The notes: generated by a model from the letters alone, not told the origin. 64,000 nt of DNA from Verrucomicrobiota bacterium (GCA_947476875.1 CANJSG010000002.1:1926-65925); one strand, 5' to 3'. Shown: positions 1 to 10,447, counted from the stretch's first letter. A program made the numbers and translations.

Positions 1-80
1 CCTTCATCCAGCACTCCATTGACACGGCAGGCGCTGAAGAGCGTCTTGGCGTCGCGACGGGATTGTTTGGAGATCTTCAT
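1..80 (-). CDS. atpH: ATP synthase F1 delta (OSCP) subunit, first 26 codons only (gene runs off the window)
   Basis: ATG at 80-78 on the minus strand, 20 nt after the atpF stop. Translation is MKISKQSRRDAKTLFSACRVNGVLDE. Its position after atpB-atpE-atpF fits the canonical order. Too short for motif confirmation. Confidence 0.5.
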   Translation of the reverse strand, partial: MKISKQSRRDAKTLFSACRVNGVLDE

Positions 81-100
81 CGGGGCTCAGGTTCCGGAAA

Positions 101-646
101 TCAATTGTTCGCGAGCTGCTTGTTGGCGTCGTCCGCGAGGCGCTGCTTCTGGTCGACGGAAAGAATTCCGCCGGTGACCTTGGCGCTGACCTCGACCACG
201 AGCCGGGTGACTTCCTTGCGGAGGTCGGCCTTCATGCGGACGAGTTCGGCGTCATTGGCCTGCTTCGCTTTCGCGATGATGTCGGCGGCGGCGGCGATGG
301 CGCGCTGGGTCTCCTGCTCGGCGATCTTGGCGGCGGCGGCGCGGGCCTCCTCGATGATCTTGTTCGCCTGGGCACCGGCCTGGCCGATGATCTCGCGGGT
401 CTTGGCCTGGGTGGTGGCGAGTTCGGCCTTGATCTTGTCCGCGTTGGCCAGGCTCTCGGCGATGCGCGTGCGGCGCAGCTCGAGCATCTCAAGAATGGGC
501 CCGTAGGCGAATTTCTTGAGCGCCAGCGCCACGATGACGAAGAGGATGATCTGCGAGATCAGCAACTGCCACGTGACGCCGAACTGGTGGGCGATGTCGG
601 CGACCGGATTGCCAGGCGCGGCGGCTGCAAGGAGGAACGAATTCAT
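101..646 (-). CDS. atpF: ATP synthase F0 subunit b
   Basis: 181 aa with one N-terminal TM helix (LLISQIILFVIVALALKKF) followed by a long Ala/Glu/Lys/Arg-rich helix, typical of subunit b. It sits between atpE and atpH. Confidence 0.88.
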   Translation of the reverse strand: MNSFLLAAAAPGNPVADIAHQFGVTWQLLISQIILFVIVALALKKFAYGPILEMLELRRTRIAESLANADKIKAELATTQAKTREIIGQAGAQANKIIEEARAAAAKIAEQETQRAIAAAADIIAKAKQANDAELVRMKADLRKEVTRLVVEVSAKVTGGILSVDQKQRLADDANKQLANN

Positions 647-697
647 GTCGGTTCGGAAAGGGAAGGCGCGGAGCCTCGCGGCCCCGCGCCGGGAACG

Positions 698-913
698 TTA
701 CTTGGCCAAGAATATGGCGAAGAAGACCACGCCTTCCGCCAACGCGGCGAAGATGATCGCCTGGTTGCGGATGGCGCCGGCGGCACCCGGATTGCGTCCG
801 GTCGCTTCGGCGGCCTTCATGCCGATGATTCCCACGCCGATCGCGGAGCCGACGGCCGCGAGACCGATGTGGAGACTTCCCGTCATTTCAGCCAACATGG
901 GTAGCATTGTCAT
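698..913 (-). CDS. atpE: ATP synthase F0 subunit c
   Basis: 71-aa helical hairpin with a Gly-rich helix 1 (GSAIGVGIIG), a polar loop (RNPGA) and the ion-binding Glu in AALAEGVVFF. Confidence 0.93.
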   Translation of the reverse strand: MTMLPMLAEMTGSLHIGLAAVGSAIGVGIIGMKAAEATGRNPGAAGAIRNQAIIFAALAEGVVFFAIFLAK

Positions 914-982
914 TGTCTTACCTTTTCGTTTTGTTACTTCGACCGCCCCCGCAGTTTGCCCACGGTCCGGCGGCGAAAATTG

Positions 983-1894
983 TCAGTGCGCGTGCTGTTT
1001 GTGGCCGTGGCCGTCGTCGTGCGAATGCTCGTCATGGCCCCCGGCCATCAACGCGGTGAACACGGAGGTCAGCAGCGCGAACACCAGCGCCTGCACCAGG
1101 CCGACGAGGAGTTCGAGGAAATAGAACGGAAGCGGCAACAGCCAGCCAAACCAGGTCCCGCCCAGATGCATCATGGCTTCCAGGATGTTCTCGCCGGCGA
1201 AGATGTTGCCGTAGAGACGGAAGCTCAACGACACGGGGCGGAAGGCGATGGAGACGACTTCGATCACGCCGACGAAGAGGAAGATGGCCATCATGAACAG
1301 CGCCATGACGCCCTTGCCGTTGTCGCCGCCGCTGAAAAGATGCTTCAGGAACCCGCCGGCGCCCAGCGCCTGGAAGGACCAGACGATCCACAGGACGAAG
1401 AAGACCAGCGACATCGCGAGCGTCATGTTCAGGTCGGCGTTGCCGCCGCGCAGGAAGGGCTCGCTGGCGTGGAAATGCCCCTGCGCGTTCGTATGGCCAT
1501 AGCCGATCGTGCCGACGCCGGGGATCAGGCCAAACCAGTTCGTGACCAGGATGAAGAGAAAGAGCGTGCAGAAGAACCAGAACGACTTCTTCACCAGCGC
1601 CGGTCCGAGGATCTCCGTGAAGAACTCATACATCCCCTCGACGAGCCATTCGACGAAGTTCTGCAGGCCGCGCGGCACCATCTGGATGTTCCGCGTCGCC
1701 ATCTGCGCGACGGCGATCAGGACAATCGCGACAATCCAAGTGATGACCGTGGAACTGGTGAACTGGAGCGGGCCGACGCTGAAGACCGGCGCGGCGGCCG
1801 GTAGTCCGGCCGCTTCGCCGCCTTCAGCCGCGAATCCGGCCATCGGGGCGGCCAGAAGTGCGGCGGTGACCAGAAACTGTTTGATAAGACGCAT
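983..1894 (-). CDS. atpB: ATP synthase F0 subunit a, with an unusual His-rich C-terminal tail
   Basis: Carries the hallmark SLSFRLYGNIFAGE motif (essential Arg). I place the start at ATG 1894 (MRLIKQFLVTAALLAAP, signal-like). The ORF in the track extends to 2038 through a non-membrane-like 48 aa. The C-terminus reads GGHDEHSHDDGHGHKQHAH. Confidence 0.9.
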   Translation of the reverse strand: MRLIKQFLVTAALLAAPMAGFAAEGGEAAGLPAAAPVFSVGPLQFTSSTVITWIVAIVLIAVAQMATRNIQMVPRGLQNFVEWLVEGMYEFFTEILGPALVKKSFWFFCTLFLFILVTNWFGLIPGVGTIGYGHTNAQGHFHASEPFLRGGNADLNMTLAMSLVFFVLWIVWSFQALGAGGFLKHLFSGGDNGKGVMALFMMAIFLFVGVIEVVSIAFRPVSLSFRLYGNIFAGENILEAMMHLGGTWFGWLLPLPFYFLELLVGLVQALVFALLTSVFTALMAGGHDEHSHDDGHGHKQHAH

Positions 1895-2173
1895 CGGCGC
1901 AAAACCGTTGGAAGAGGTCAGCAGGACACGGCTCTGCGACACGACTTTTCCAGAACGGAGGCCAGACGTTTGCTGATCGTGAAATTTTTCACAAGCAGTT
2001 TTTTCTGATTTTGGGTTGTCTGAAAGAAGACCATCCATCCGAGATATAAGATGCTTTCTGGCAGCATATTAAAGTGTCGTTAAAGTGAGCCACTCCACTC
2101 CAATGAGCCTAGAAAATACCGAGGGTGATTGGTCGAGAAGCCTGGCAACTCCTCAGGCACGACACCCAGGCGT

Positions 2174-2866
2174 TCACTTGGGTTTCGACGCCGCTTTGAT
2201 GCGTGAATTCGTCGACGCGCGCTCGTCTGGAGCCAGCGTATTGAGCGTGGATGCCCGAATGGACCCGGCCGTCGCAACAGGCCGAGTCGCGGCGCGGGAG
2301 AACTCAGGATGGGGATTCGCCGTTTCGAACCGCTGCGATACGAAGGGCAGCGTCCCGTTGAAATACCAGTTCCTGTATACGAGCAACCCGACCAGAACGA
2401 CCAAACCAGCAGATACCCGAAACTTCGGGCTGCGAACGAACGATTCCCAAGTGAACGGCTCTTGGCATTTCTCCTCGGCGGCCAGTTTCGCCGGCAACGC
2501 CTCGGCTTCAGACAAGGCCGGGATCCACTCGATCCCTTCGACCGGCTCGAATCGCAGACGGTAGAAGTAGGAGTCGCAGCCCGGCTTGAAACAGTAGCCC
2601 TTGTGGAGCCGGTCCAGCTTCGGGTTGGCACGCTGCGTGTCGCTCGCGGCATCGAGCAACGCCACGAGATCGGTTTCCTTCAACTCAGACCTGCAGGCCT
2701 CGCACGCCACATGGATATGGTGCGAGTAAACCGCACGGATATTTTCGGCCGAAACCCCCTTGGCAAAAAGGGATTGCGCCAAGTTTCTCAGCATCCCCCA
2801 GACAGCCTCCACCCGGACCTGCCGGGATACTTGTTCCGGGCCTTTCAGCTCTGACGTCGGATTCAT
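2174..2866 (-). CDS. Hypothetical membrane-anchored protein with a 4-Cys motif
   Basis: 230 aa. Has CEAC ... CFKPGC cysteine pairs, then one TM segment ([14 protein letters not shown]). Its start overlaps the stop of the upstream gene by 4 nt (ATGA at 2866-2863). I recognise no family. Confidence 0.55.
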   Translation of the reverse strand: MNPTSELKGPEQVSRQVRVEAVWGMLRNLAQSLFAKGVSAENIRAVYSHHIHVACEACRSELKETDLVALLDAASDTQRANPKLDRLHKGYCFKPGCDSYFYRLRFEPVEGIEWIPALSEAEALPAKLAAEEKCQEPFTWESFVRSPKFRVSAGLVVLVGLLVYRNWYFNGTLPFVSQRFETANPHPEFSRAATRPVATAGSIRASTLNTLAPDERASTNSRIKAASKPK

Positions 2867-3669
2867 GGACGCGCCGGGGCTTCGATCGCCTTATACCACA
2901 TCCACTGGCGTGTGGCCTCGTAGGGATGCAGGTAGTCGCCCTGCAACGACGGGGAGAAATTGTGCATGGCCGCATGGGAATCGGCGAACAGCACGGCGGA
3001 CTGGAAGTCGGACCGGGCATTCCGCGGATCGGAGATCTCGCCTGAGCCGACGCCGTAATGCCATTGCTGCCACTGGGCATCGCCAGCCGCATTGGCGTAG
3101 AGGCGGGCCGGCGGCTCATACATGACGATGTAGCGCGTCGTGTCGGGCACCCATGAAGTGGGTTTGCCGGCGAGGACACCGTCGACGCCTTTCAGGAATC
3201 CCCCGTTCGCGACCACGGTCGGAAGCGAATCGTTGTAGTCGTAGCTGATGCCGGCGGTTTCGTAACGCGTCGGCTTGAACTCCAGATCCGTCTGCGGAAT
3301 CAGCGCCTGCCCGCGGTCCGACGCACAGCGATAAACCGCCGACGGCCCGACGTAGCCGTAAAGAGGACGCTGGCGGGCGGAGGGAAGGATGTTGGTGAAC
3401 GCCGGGGCCGGATCTTGGCCGCCGACAAAGGAACCAAGCGGATACCGGTCACGGTTGTCCTGGGCGTAGAGGTTGAAGCCAATCCCCAGCTGCTTGAGGT
3501 TGCTGACGCACTGGATCGCTTTTCCTTTCTCCTTCGCGCGTCCCAACGTCGGCAGGAGCATGCTGGCCAAAATCCCGATGATGCCGATCACCACAAGCAG
3601 CTCGATCAGGGTGAACCCCGCGCCGGATCGCCTCCGACCGCTTCTCCATGAACTCGAAATCAACATCAT
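2863..3669 (-). CDS. Prepilin-type N-terminal cleavage/methylation domain protein (DUF1559/HX9DG-like, PVC-type)
   Basis: Start at ATG 3669 gives [40 protein letters not shown], the classic G/FTLIE prepilin motif. The C-terminus [10 protein letters not shown] resembles the H-X9-DG family tail. The track ORF (to 3993) has an implausible Arg/Asp-rich extension. Confidence 0.85.
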   Translation of the reverse strand: MMLISSSWRSGRRRSGAGFTLIELLVVIGIIGILASMLLPTLGRAKEKGKAIQCVSNLKQLGIGFNLYAQDNRDRYPLGSFVGGQDPAPAFTNILPSARQRPLYGYVGPSAVYRCASDRGQALIPQTDLEFKPTRYETAGISYDYNDSLPTVVANGGFLKGVDGVLAGKPTSWVPDTTRYIVMYEPPARLYANAAGDAQWQQWHYGVGSGEISDPRNARSDFQSAVLFADSHAAMHNFSPSLQGDYLHPYEATRQWMWYKAIEAPARP

Positions 3670-3791
3670 TTCTCTCTCTTGGACCAACGTGGCGTCGAGT
3701 CGGCGTGGTTTCAAGCAGGTGAAAATGACGGAGGCGGAGGCGCCTTGTCCGGCACCCCCGCCCCACGTTGAATCTGAAAACGGACCGGAGA

Positions 3792-4412
3792 CTACTTGAT
3801 CTCCTTGATCCGCATGTTGCGGAACCAAACCGTGCCGTGATCGCCCTGGAGGAAGATCGGGCCGGGTTCCTTCACGTTCTTGTCGATCTCGCTGCCGGTG
3901 GCGACGTCGCAGACCACGTTGTCGTGGATCTTCTTTCCGTTCAGCACGACGGTGATCTTGTTGTCGATCATCGTCGCCTCGACGGTTTGCCATTCGCCCG
4001 CAGGCTTGGAGGCGAACTCCGACGGGGCGGTCTGATTGTAGATGGCGCCGTTGCCGGTCTTGGCCGTCTTGCCGACCTTGTAGTCGCCCAGGATCTGGAT
4101 CTCGTGGCGACCACGGAGGTAGAAGCCGGAGTTCGAATTGTCCGGAACCTGGAACTCAAAACGCACCGTGAAGTTCCAAAACTTCTTGGCCGTCACCAGG
4201 TCGGTGCCGTGTTCGCCCTTGTTGACGGTGTTCTTCAACACGCCGTTGTCGATGGTCCAACTGTTGTGTCCATCCGCACGGCGCAGGTTCCAGCCGGCAG
4301 TGTCCTTGCCGTTGAAGAGCGGGACAAACCCCGCTTCATCCGCGGCCGACAAGTTGCAGGCGGCACCGACGAGGACAGCGACCGCAGCGGTGGAGAAAAG
4401 AAGTCGTTTCAT
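3792..4412 (-). CDS. Exported DUF1080 (3-keto-disaccharide hydrolase-like) domain protein
   Basis: Has a signal peptide, then [14 protein letters not shown] ... [14 protein letters not shown] ... [21 protein letters not shown], which matches the DUF1080 pattern. Confidence 0.85.
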   Translation of the reverse strand: MKRLLFSTAAVAVLVGAACNLSAADEAGFVPLFNGKDTAGWNLRRADGHNSWTIDNGVLKNTVNKGEHGTDLVTAKKFWNFTVRFEFQVPDNSNSGFYLRGRHEIQILGDYKVGKTAKTGNGAIYNQTAPSEFASKPAGEWQTVEATMIDNKITVVLNGKKIHDNVVCDVATGSEIDKNVKEPGPIFLQGDHGTVWFRNMRIKEIK

Positions 4413-4443
4413 GAGTGAATGGCTGGTGGGGACGGATCCCCGC

Positions 4444-5304
4444 TCACTTCGCCTGGGGTTCGCCGCTGCCCTTCTTCAGGCCGAGGGCCCACTCGATGCC
4501 GCCGAGGATGTGCTTCTGGTATTCGGGCATTTCCCAGACGTATTCATTGTGGCCGAGCGAAGTGTAGAAGACCTTGCCCTTGCCGAACTCACGGCACCAA
4601 GAGACGCCGAAATTGCCGGCCGCGCCGGTGTTCGGGTGCTTGTCGAGGACGAGCAGTTCCCGGACGGCCTTCTGCTGGTAGTTCTTGAAGAGATACATCT
4701 CCTCCTTCTTGCCGCCGATGTCGAAGGTCGCGCCGAAGTGCTTGGTGGACGGGTGGGCCGAATCCTTGTTGATGGCGCTCACAACAACCTGCGCACCGTG
4801 GGTCTGGAACTCGCCGCCGAGCATCTCGATGTAGGCCGGAAATCCGTGGAAAGTATCGCTGGCGCTGTGCATGCCGACGAAAGCGCCGCCGTTCTTGACC
4901 CACGCGATGAACGCTTCCTTGTCCGGAAGCGGCAGGTCGCCGGTCGTGTTGGCGAAGATGATGCCGTCATACTTCTTCAACGCGGCCGGGCTCATCTTCT
5001 CGGCCAGCACGGCCTTGATCTTATCCTGGTAGGCGATCTGTTCGACCTTGAAAGCCGCCTTCTGCTCGTCGGTTGCGTTGCGACCCGGATCCTTCGGCGG
5101 GAACACGCTGGCGAGCTCGATGTCGTAGACACCGGAGGACTTGCCGACTTCGGCGATGACCTTCTCGGCCGTGGCGATGGAGCTGTGGCGGAAGCCCGTC
5201 GTGGTCGACACGACCAGGATCTTCTTGGGGGCGGCGACAGCGGACGTGGTGACGAGGACTCCTGCCAGCGTGGCAAGGCATCCGAGGAAAAGACGGCGTT
5301 TCAT
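4444..5304 (-). CDS. ThuA-domain (trehalose utilisation-like) protein, exported
   Basis: Start at ATG 5304 (MKRRLFLGCLATLAGVLV, signal-like). KKILVVSTTTGFRHSSI and GGAFVGMHSASDTF are ThuA family signatures. Confidence 0.82.
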   Translation of the reverse strand: MKRRLFLGCLATLAGVLVTTSAVAAPKKILVVSTTTGFRHSSIATAEKVIAEVGKSSGVYDIELASVFPPKDPGRNATDEQKAAFKVEQIAYQDKIKAVLAEKMSPAALKKYDGIIFANTTGDLPLPDKEAFIAWVKNGGAFVGMHSASDTFHGFPAYIEMLGGEFQTHGAQVVVSAINKDSAHPSTKHFGATFDIGGKKEEMYLFKNYQQKAVRELLVLDKHPNTGAAGNFGVSWCREFGKGKVFYTSLGHNEYVWEMPEYQKHILGGIEWALGLKKGSGEPQAK

Positions 5305-5403
5305 GGCTCGATTGTAGGGTTGTATGACGTCGGTAAGACGCAATTCGTGGGGACGGGGTTCATCTGACGGCAACGGCGAACCGGCTGCAAGGCGGTTTAA
5401 CGC

Positions 5404-6939
5404 CTACCAGTGCCGCGTGGTCCGCGGGGGCTGGGACGAGAAGCGCTCCTGACGGCGTCGGCCCGGGTCCATCTGCTGGGCCTGCTCGCGCTTGAGCTCC
5501 TCCATCATCTCCGCCAGTTCCTTTCCGGCCTTGGCCTCTTTCGCGTCCTTGTCCTTCTGGCCTTCCTCACCCGCCTTGCCCTGCGCCTGCGCGCCCATTT
5601 TCTGGCGGAGGCGATCGAGCTCTTTCTGCACCTCGCCGGCACCCTTCTGCGCCGATTCGCTTTTGGGATCCGCCTGCTGGGCTCGGTCGAACGCGGTCTC
5701 GGCCTTCTCCAGATGCTGGACGGCTTCCTGCGGAGAACGCTTCTCCGCCTGCTGCGCGCGTTGCTGTTCGAGTTGGCCGAGTTTTTCCATCACCGGCGCA
5801 AGATCCTTCTTGGTCGCCTCGAGCTTGGGAGGGGTCTGGGCGTTCTCAGGGTTCAGGTCCATCGCCTCCTGATAACGCTCCACCGCTTCGGTAAGTTCTT
5901 CAGCCGCCCGTTCGGTGGCCCGGGGAATGTCCTCGCGGCCCTGCTTGGCGAGACGATCGGCCTCGCGGAGCTCCAGTTGCTCCAGGGCCTTGAGCACTTC
6001 CTCGCGGCCGCGTTCGGCTTCGCCGTTGTTATGGGGTTTTACGCCGAGCGACTGGTCGAACTCCGCCAATGCCTCGCGATAATGTTTCTCGGCATCGTCC
6101 GGTTCCCACTTGGCCGACTGGTCGCCGCGCTTCTTCTCGGCCGATCCGTTGTCGATGTGCAGCTTCGCCAGCTTTTCGACCACCCGTTGGCGGTCGAGGT
6201 TGAGCGTGCCGTCCTTGGGGGCGAGGGACAGTCCGGCTTCGAAATCCGAAAGCGCTCCATCGAGATGTTGTTTGGCCTGGACCCGATCCCACTGGTTGCC
6301 CCGCTTGAGCGCTTCATCGGCCTTGTTCTCCAGCTCACGGCCCTTCTTCTGGAGCGCTTCGCGGAGCCCTTTCTCGGTCCGGATCACGGTCTCTTTTGCC
6401 TCCGCGTTTTCCGGCGCGATGTCCGTGGCCTGATGCGCGTAGACCGTCGCCGCTTGAAGCAGCTCGACGGTCTTGTCGATCGGCTGGTTTTTCGTCGAAG
6501 CCTCCAGCTTTGTCGCGAGATCCAAGTTGAGCCGGACGAGGTTCCGCTCCACGAGATCGAGATTGAGTTTCGCCTCGGTCCGCACCGGCCCCTTGGACGA
6601 CGCCACCCGGAACGCCTCCCGCGCCCGCATCCATTCGCGGAGAGCATTTTCCGGTTCGTCCTTTACCGTGCGCTCGCCGATGCGGAAGGCGGCGTTGCCC
6701 GACTGGAACCAAACCTTGCCACCGATCGCATCCGGAAGCTCGGCGGTGGAAAGCACCTGCCAGGCTTCGTCGGCCTTGGCGAAATCACCGCCGCGATAGG
6801 CCTCGAGCGCGGCGTTGTATTGCTTCCACGCCGCCACCGATTCGGCGGCGACGACCGCGTCTGCGGCACAGAGGAAAACCAAGCCCGTCGCCACAGCGGA
6901 GACGCTGGATCGCCATGAGGCTGCCGGTTGGAAGTTCAT
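5404..6939 (-). CDS. TPR plus long charged coiled-coil protein at the BatC position of the Bat operon
   Basis: Start at ATG 6939 (MNFQPAASWRSSVSAVATGLVFLCA) overlaps the batB-like stop as ATGA. The N-terminal region is TPR-like (AWKQYNAALEAYRGGDFAKADEAW). The remainder is Glu/Lys/Ala/Gln-rich. Confidence 0.7.
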   Translation of the reverse strand: MNFQPAASWRSSVSAVATGLVFLCAADAVVAAESVAAWKQYNAALEAYRGGDFAKADEAWQVLSTAELPDAIGGKVWFQSGNAAFRIGERTVKDEPENALREWMRAREAFRVASSKGPVRTEAKLNLDLVERNLVRLNLDLATKLEASTKNQPIDKTVELLQAATVYAHQATDIAPENAEAKETVIRTEKGLREALQKKGRELENKADEALKRGNQWDRVQAKQHLDGALSDFEAGLSLAPKDGTLNLDRQRVVEKLAKLHIDNGSAEKKRGDQSAKWEPDDAEKHYREALAEFDQSLGVKPHNNGEAERGREEVLKALEQLELREADRLAKQGREDIPRATERAAEELTEAVERYQEAMDLNPENAQTPPKLEATKKDLAPVMEKLGQLEQQRAQQAEKRSPQEAVQHLEKAETAFDRAQQADPKSESAQKGAGEVQKELDRLRQKMGAQAQGKAGEEGQKDKDAKEAKAGKELAEMMEELKREQAQQMDPGRRRQERFSSQPPRTTRHW

Positions 6940-7955
6940 TTCGTTCTTCTCCGTTCGTTCACCAGCATCTCTAGCAGAAGCACCGCCAAGGACAACAGCA
7001 GAGGAACCTGGAAGATCTCCCGGAACTCCTTGTCGGACCACGTGAGCGCCCGCGCGACCAGCGGCTCGATCGACGATTGGCGAAGCTGTTCGAGTCCCGC
7101 CCCGTCGGGCCCCATCAGGGCGTAACGTCCGCCCAGGCTGCCGGCCGCGACCTGCTGAAGCATGCGCTCGTCGAGCTTGGAAACCACGTCACGCCCGAAC
7201 TCATTCTTCAGCATCAGGTCGCGCCTATAGGAACGCGCGTCGGGGACCTTCGCCCCCAGCGGCGTGCCGACGCCCACGGTCAGGATGGGAAGTCCGGCGG
7301 CGCGCGCTTCCTGAGCGGCGACGATGGCTTCGCCCTGGAGCTGCTCGCCGTCGCTGAGCAGGACAATGACCCGCGCCGGCGGACGGACCACACGGTTCGT
7401 GACGGCGAGCGTCTTGATTCCGAGGCGGATGGCCGAAGCGAGATCGGAGCCGGGCTTGGTCACCGACTCCGTGGTCAGGGCCGACAGCGTGCGGATGAAA
7501 GCGGTGTGATCGAGGGTCAAGGGCACCGCGAGATACGCTTCACCGGCGAAGGGCACGAGCGCCAGACGATCACCGCCAAGCCGCGCCACAAAATTGCTCA
7601 GGCCGGCCTTCACCGCGGCCAGGCGGCTGGGCGCGAGGTCCGCGGCCAGCATGCTGCGCGAGACATCCAGCGCGACGACGATGTCGATGCCGTCGCGTTG
7701 GGCCTTGCTCTCGATCTCCGGCATCAACGGCCGGGCCAATGCGAATGCGACCAGGAGCATTCCCACCGTGAGCAACACGCCCTTCAAGCGACGCTTCAGT
7801 CCGTCGACGGAACGCATCAGGGATTCGCGGAGCCGCGGGGCGATCAGCCGCGCAAGGCGGCGTTCCCGGTCCACCGCCCCGCGCCAAAAGGCCAGCGCGC
7901 AGACGACGGCGAGCACCGCGAGGGCGACGAGCCAGAGGGGCGAATCGAACTTCAT
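6936..7955 (-). CDS. VWA-domain protein, BatB-like
   Basis: Start at ATG 7955 (MKFDSPLWLVALAVLAVV). Has the MIDAS motif VALDVSRSM and a C-terminal TM segment. ATGA overlaps at both ends. Confidence 0.85.
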   Translation of the reverse strand: MKFDSPLWLVALAVLAVVCALAFWRGAVDRERRLARLIAPRLRESLMRSVDGLKRRLKGVLLTVGMLLVAFALARPLMPEIESKAQRDGIDIVVALDVSRSMLAADLAPSRLAAVKAGLSNFVARLGGDRLALVPFAGEAYLAVPLTLDHTAFIRTLSALTTESVTKPGSDLASAIRLGIKTLAVTNRVVRPPARVIVLLSDGEQLQGEAIVAAQEARAAGLPILTVGVGTPLGAKVPDARSYRRDLMLKNEFGRDVVSKLDERMLQQVAAGSLGGRYALMGPDGAGLEQLRQSSIEPLVARALTWSDKEFREIFQVPLLLSLAVLLLEMLVNERRRTK

Positions 7956-8917
7956 GGCAGCCTCCTCCAGACGAGTTGGGCGAGCAGCACTTCGGCCACG
8001 AGCAAGACCAGCCCCACCGCGGCGAACCACGCCATCAGTTCCCGGAAGCTCTTCTGCCGGGCGTCGCTGAAGGCCTTTTTCTCAAGGCGGTCGATCTGGG
8101 CGTAGACGTTGCGCAGGCTCGGATAGTCCGGCACGCGGAACAACTGGCCTCCGGTCAGGCGGCAGGTCTCCCGGATCTTTTCGGTGATCCCGCTCTCGAA
8201 ATTCATGTCCCCGAAATCGATGAGCTGGATCACGTGGACACGGATGCCGAGTTTGCCGATGACACGCGCGACGTCCTCCGGATCCGGCCCTCGGTTCATG
8301 TTCTCGGCATCGGTGGCCATGATGATCACGCGGGTCTCGTTGGTGGCGGTCTTCAGGGCTTCCGCGGCTACGACGAGGGCCGATCCGGGAGCCGTGCCCC
8401 GGCCGGGCAGTTCGCCGCTGATCTGGGCGAGCAGCCAGTCGTGGTCCAGCGTGAGCGGGCTGAGCAGGACCGCTTCGGCGTCGAACCGCACGAGGCCGAA
8501 CTTGTCGCTGGGACGCGACCGGATGAATTCGCCCATCACCTTCTTCAGCGCATCGATCCGGCTTCCCACCCGTCCTTCGAGCCGGAAGTCGCGTTTGTTC
8601 ATCGTGCCGGAATAGTCGAGCGTGAGGACCATGTTGATGCCCTTCGCATCCTTCTGTCCGACGCCCTTCTCCACCTGCGGACGCGCCACGGCCACGATGA
8701 GAAACGCCAGCGCCGCCAAGCGCATCAGCGCGATCGCCGCACCGAAATTGAAACGCGGTTTGACCGTCCTCTTGAGGATCGAAGTCGACGCCAGCGGGAC
8801 CGCCGCCGCACGGCCGACCTTGCCCCGCAGCCAGGCCCAAAGCGGCAGGAGCAGCAGCAGCAGGAGCAACCACGGAGACTCGAAGCGGAAGGTCTCGATG
8901 CCGGGAAGGAACTTCAC
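7952..8917 (-). CDS. VWA-domain protein, BatA-like
   Basis: GTG start at 8917 (GTGA overlap with the upstream stop). The N-terminus FRFESPWLLLLLLLLPLWAW is typical of BatA. MIDAS-like LTLDYSGTM. C-terminal TM segment. Confidence 0.85.
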   Translation of the reverse strand: MKFLPGIETFRFESPWLLLLLLLLPLWAWLRGKVGRAAAVPLASTSILKRTVKPRFNFGAAIALMRLAALAFLIVAVARPQVEKGVGQKDAKGINMVLTLDYSGTMNKRDFRLEGRVGSRIDALKKVMGEFIRSRPSDKFGLVRFDAEAVLLSPLTLDHDWLLAQISGELPGRGTAPGSALVVAAEALKTATNETRVIIMATDAENMNRGPDPEDVARVIGKLGIRVHVIQLIDFGDMNFESGITEKIRETCRLTGGQLFRVPDYPSLRNVYAQIDRLEKKAFSDARQKSFRELMAWFAAVGLVLLVAEVLLAQLVWRRLP

Positions 8918-9450
8918 GAACGGTCCTCCTTCCGGACGGGCATTCCACGCGACGCCTCGACAAACCGGATCGCCGCCTGGTGCGTCGCCGTCAGATCTTC
9001 AACGCTGCCTTCGGTCCGGCCGAACTTCATCGCCTCGCACGTGCGGAGGAACTTCTCAAGAAGGCCGCGCTGGGACGGATCGAGTTTGTTGGAGGCGGCG
9101 GCTTCGCGGAGGAACTCCTCCGTGGCCCGCTGCGGCGCACGCAGGTCAAACCGGCGTTCAAGGAACAGCCGGACGATCGCGGTGACTTCGATGGCGAACT
9201 CGCGCGACTGCCCGGGATTCATCAGGCCGCTCAACGCGCGAAGCGCATTCAACGCCTCGATGGACGGGTCCACTTCCGGAGTCCCGGACCCGCCGTCAAT
9301 TGCACGCCGTCGTCTTCCCAGCCAGCGCGCGAGCACCAGTCCAACGATGATCGCCAGGACCACCGCGCCCAGGATCGCCGTCCACGGGATCTCCGGGGGC
9401 GCTTCAAGCTGGCGCAGGTCTTCGACCAGATTGGTGGCGTAGTTGGTCAT
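8914..9450 (-). CDS. DUF4381-like single-TM protein of the Bat/MoxR operon
   Basis: Start at ATG 9450 (MTNYATNLVEDLRQLEAPPEIPWTAILGAVVLAIIVGLVLARWLGRRRR). Both the pattern and the operon position fit DUF4381. The track ORF extends to 9531. Confidence 0.65.
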   Translation of the reverse strand: MTNYATNLVEDLRQLEAPPEIPWTAILGAVVLAIIVGLVLARWLGRRRRAIDGGSGTPEVDPSIEALNALRALSGLMNPGQSREFAIEVTAIVRLFLERRFDLRAPQRATEEFLREAAASNKLDPSQRGLLEKFLRTCEAMKFGRTEGSVEDLTATHQAAIRFVEASRGMPVRKEDRS

Positions 9451-9562
9451 GCCGCTGCAACCGCAGACGCCAGGCAGGTGGGGCCAGCCGCGCTGCGGCT
9501 GGCCGTCGAGTCGCAGCGCGACTCGACCCACCTTGCTGTGCTTCGTGAAATCTCCATGTGGC

Positions 9563-10447
9563 TCATCGGTTCTGCCGGCGGATGCGGGTGTCGAAGAACT
9601 GGAGCAAGGGCTTCAGGTAGGGCCGGTCGGTGTGGACCTCGATCGAATCCACGCCGGAACGCCGGAACATGCGGCGCAGTTTCTCCATCCTTGCCCAGGA
9701 CGCCTTTGCGTAGCTCTCCCGGACTTCGAGATCCGCGCTGTCGACCTCGACAAGTTCGCCGGACTCCGAATCCTCGAAGACAATGGTGCCGACATCCGGC
9801 AAATCACGTTCACCCGGGTCCATGACCGGGATGGCGATCACGTCGTGCCGTTGACGCAGGATGCGCAACGGCCGCTCGTGGAGCTTGGAATCGAGGAAGT
9901 CCGACAGGACAAAAATGATCGCCCGGCGTCGCAGAGCGTGCCGCACGTGGGCGAGCGCCAGCGCGATGTCCGTGCCCTTGCGCTCGGGTTCGTGCGACAG
10001 GACTTCGCCGATGATGCGGAGAATGTGCGACCGGCCCTTGCCCGGGCGGATGTAACGTTCGGCGCCCTCGGTGAAAAGCAGCAGGCCGACGTTGTCGTTG
10101 TTCCGCGCCGCGGCAAACCCGATCAAGGCGGCGAGCTCGGCGGCGAGTTCGCGTTTGCTCGGGCCGTGCGAACCGACGTTCTTCGAGGCGGAGGCGTCGA
10201 CCATGAGGAGCACGGTCATCTCACGCTCCTCGACGAACTTCTTGATGTGCGTCACGCCGGTCCGGGCAGTCACATTCCAGTCGATGCGGCGGACGTCGTC
10301 GCCGGCGGCGTAGGGCCGGACCTCGTCGAAGTCCATGCCGCGGCCCTTGAAGACCGAGTGGTATTGGCCGGCGAGCATGTCCTCCACGAGCCGCGACGTG
10401 CGCAGCTCGATGCGGCGGATGTTCTTGAGCCACTCGCGGGGGATCAT
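9563..10447 (-). CDS. DUF58 domain protein (MoxR-associated, VWA-like)
   Basis: 294 aa. GQYHSVFKGRGMDFDEVRPYAAGDDVRRIDWNVTAR is the DUF58 hallmark. It sits directly downstream of MoxR. Confidence 0.9.
   Translation of the reverse strand: MIPREWLKNIRRIELRTSRLVEDMLAGQYHSVFKGRGMDFDEVRPYAAGDDVRRIDWNVTARTGVTHIKKFVEEREMTVLLMVDASASKNVGSHGPSKRELAAELAALIGFAAARNNDNVGLLLFTEGAERYIRPGKGRSHILRIIGEVLSHEPERKGTDIALALAHVRHALRRRAIIFVLSDFLDSKLHERPLRILRQRHDVIAIPVMDPGERDLPDVGTIVFEDSESGELVEVDSADLEVRESYAKASWARMEKLRRMFRRSGVDSIEVHTDRPYLKPLLQFFDTRIRRQNR

Noticed and set aside
2069-2100. Direct repeat TTAAAGTG (2069-2076, 2080-2087) and CCACT x2 upstream of atpB as promoter elements
   Set aside because: The repeats are short enough to arise by chance. 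I cannot assign -35/-10 boxes for this lineage from sequence alone. Not reported as a feature.
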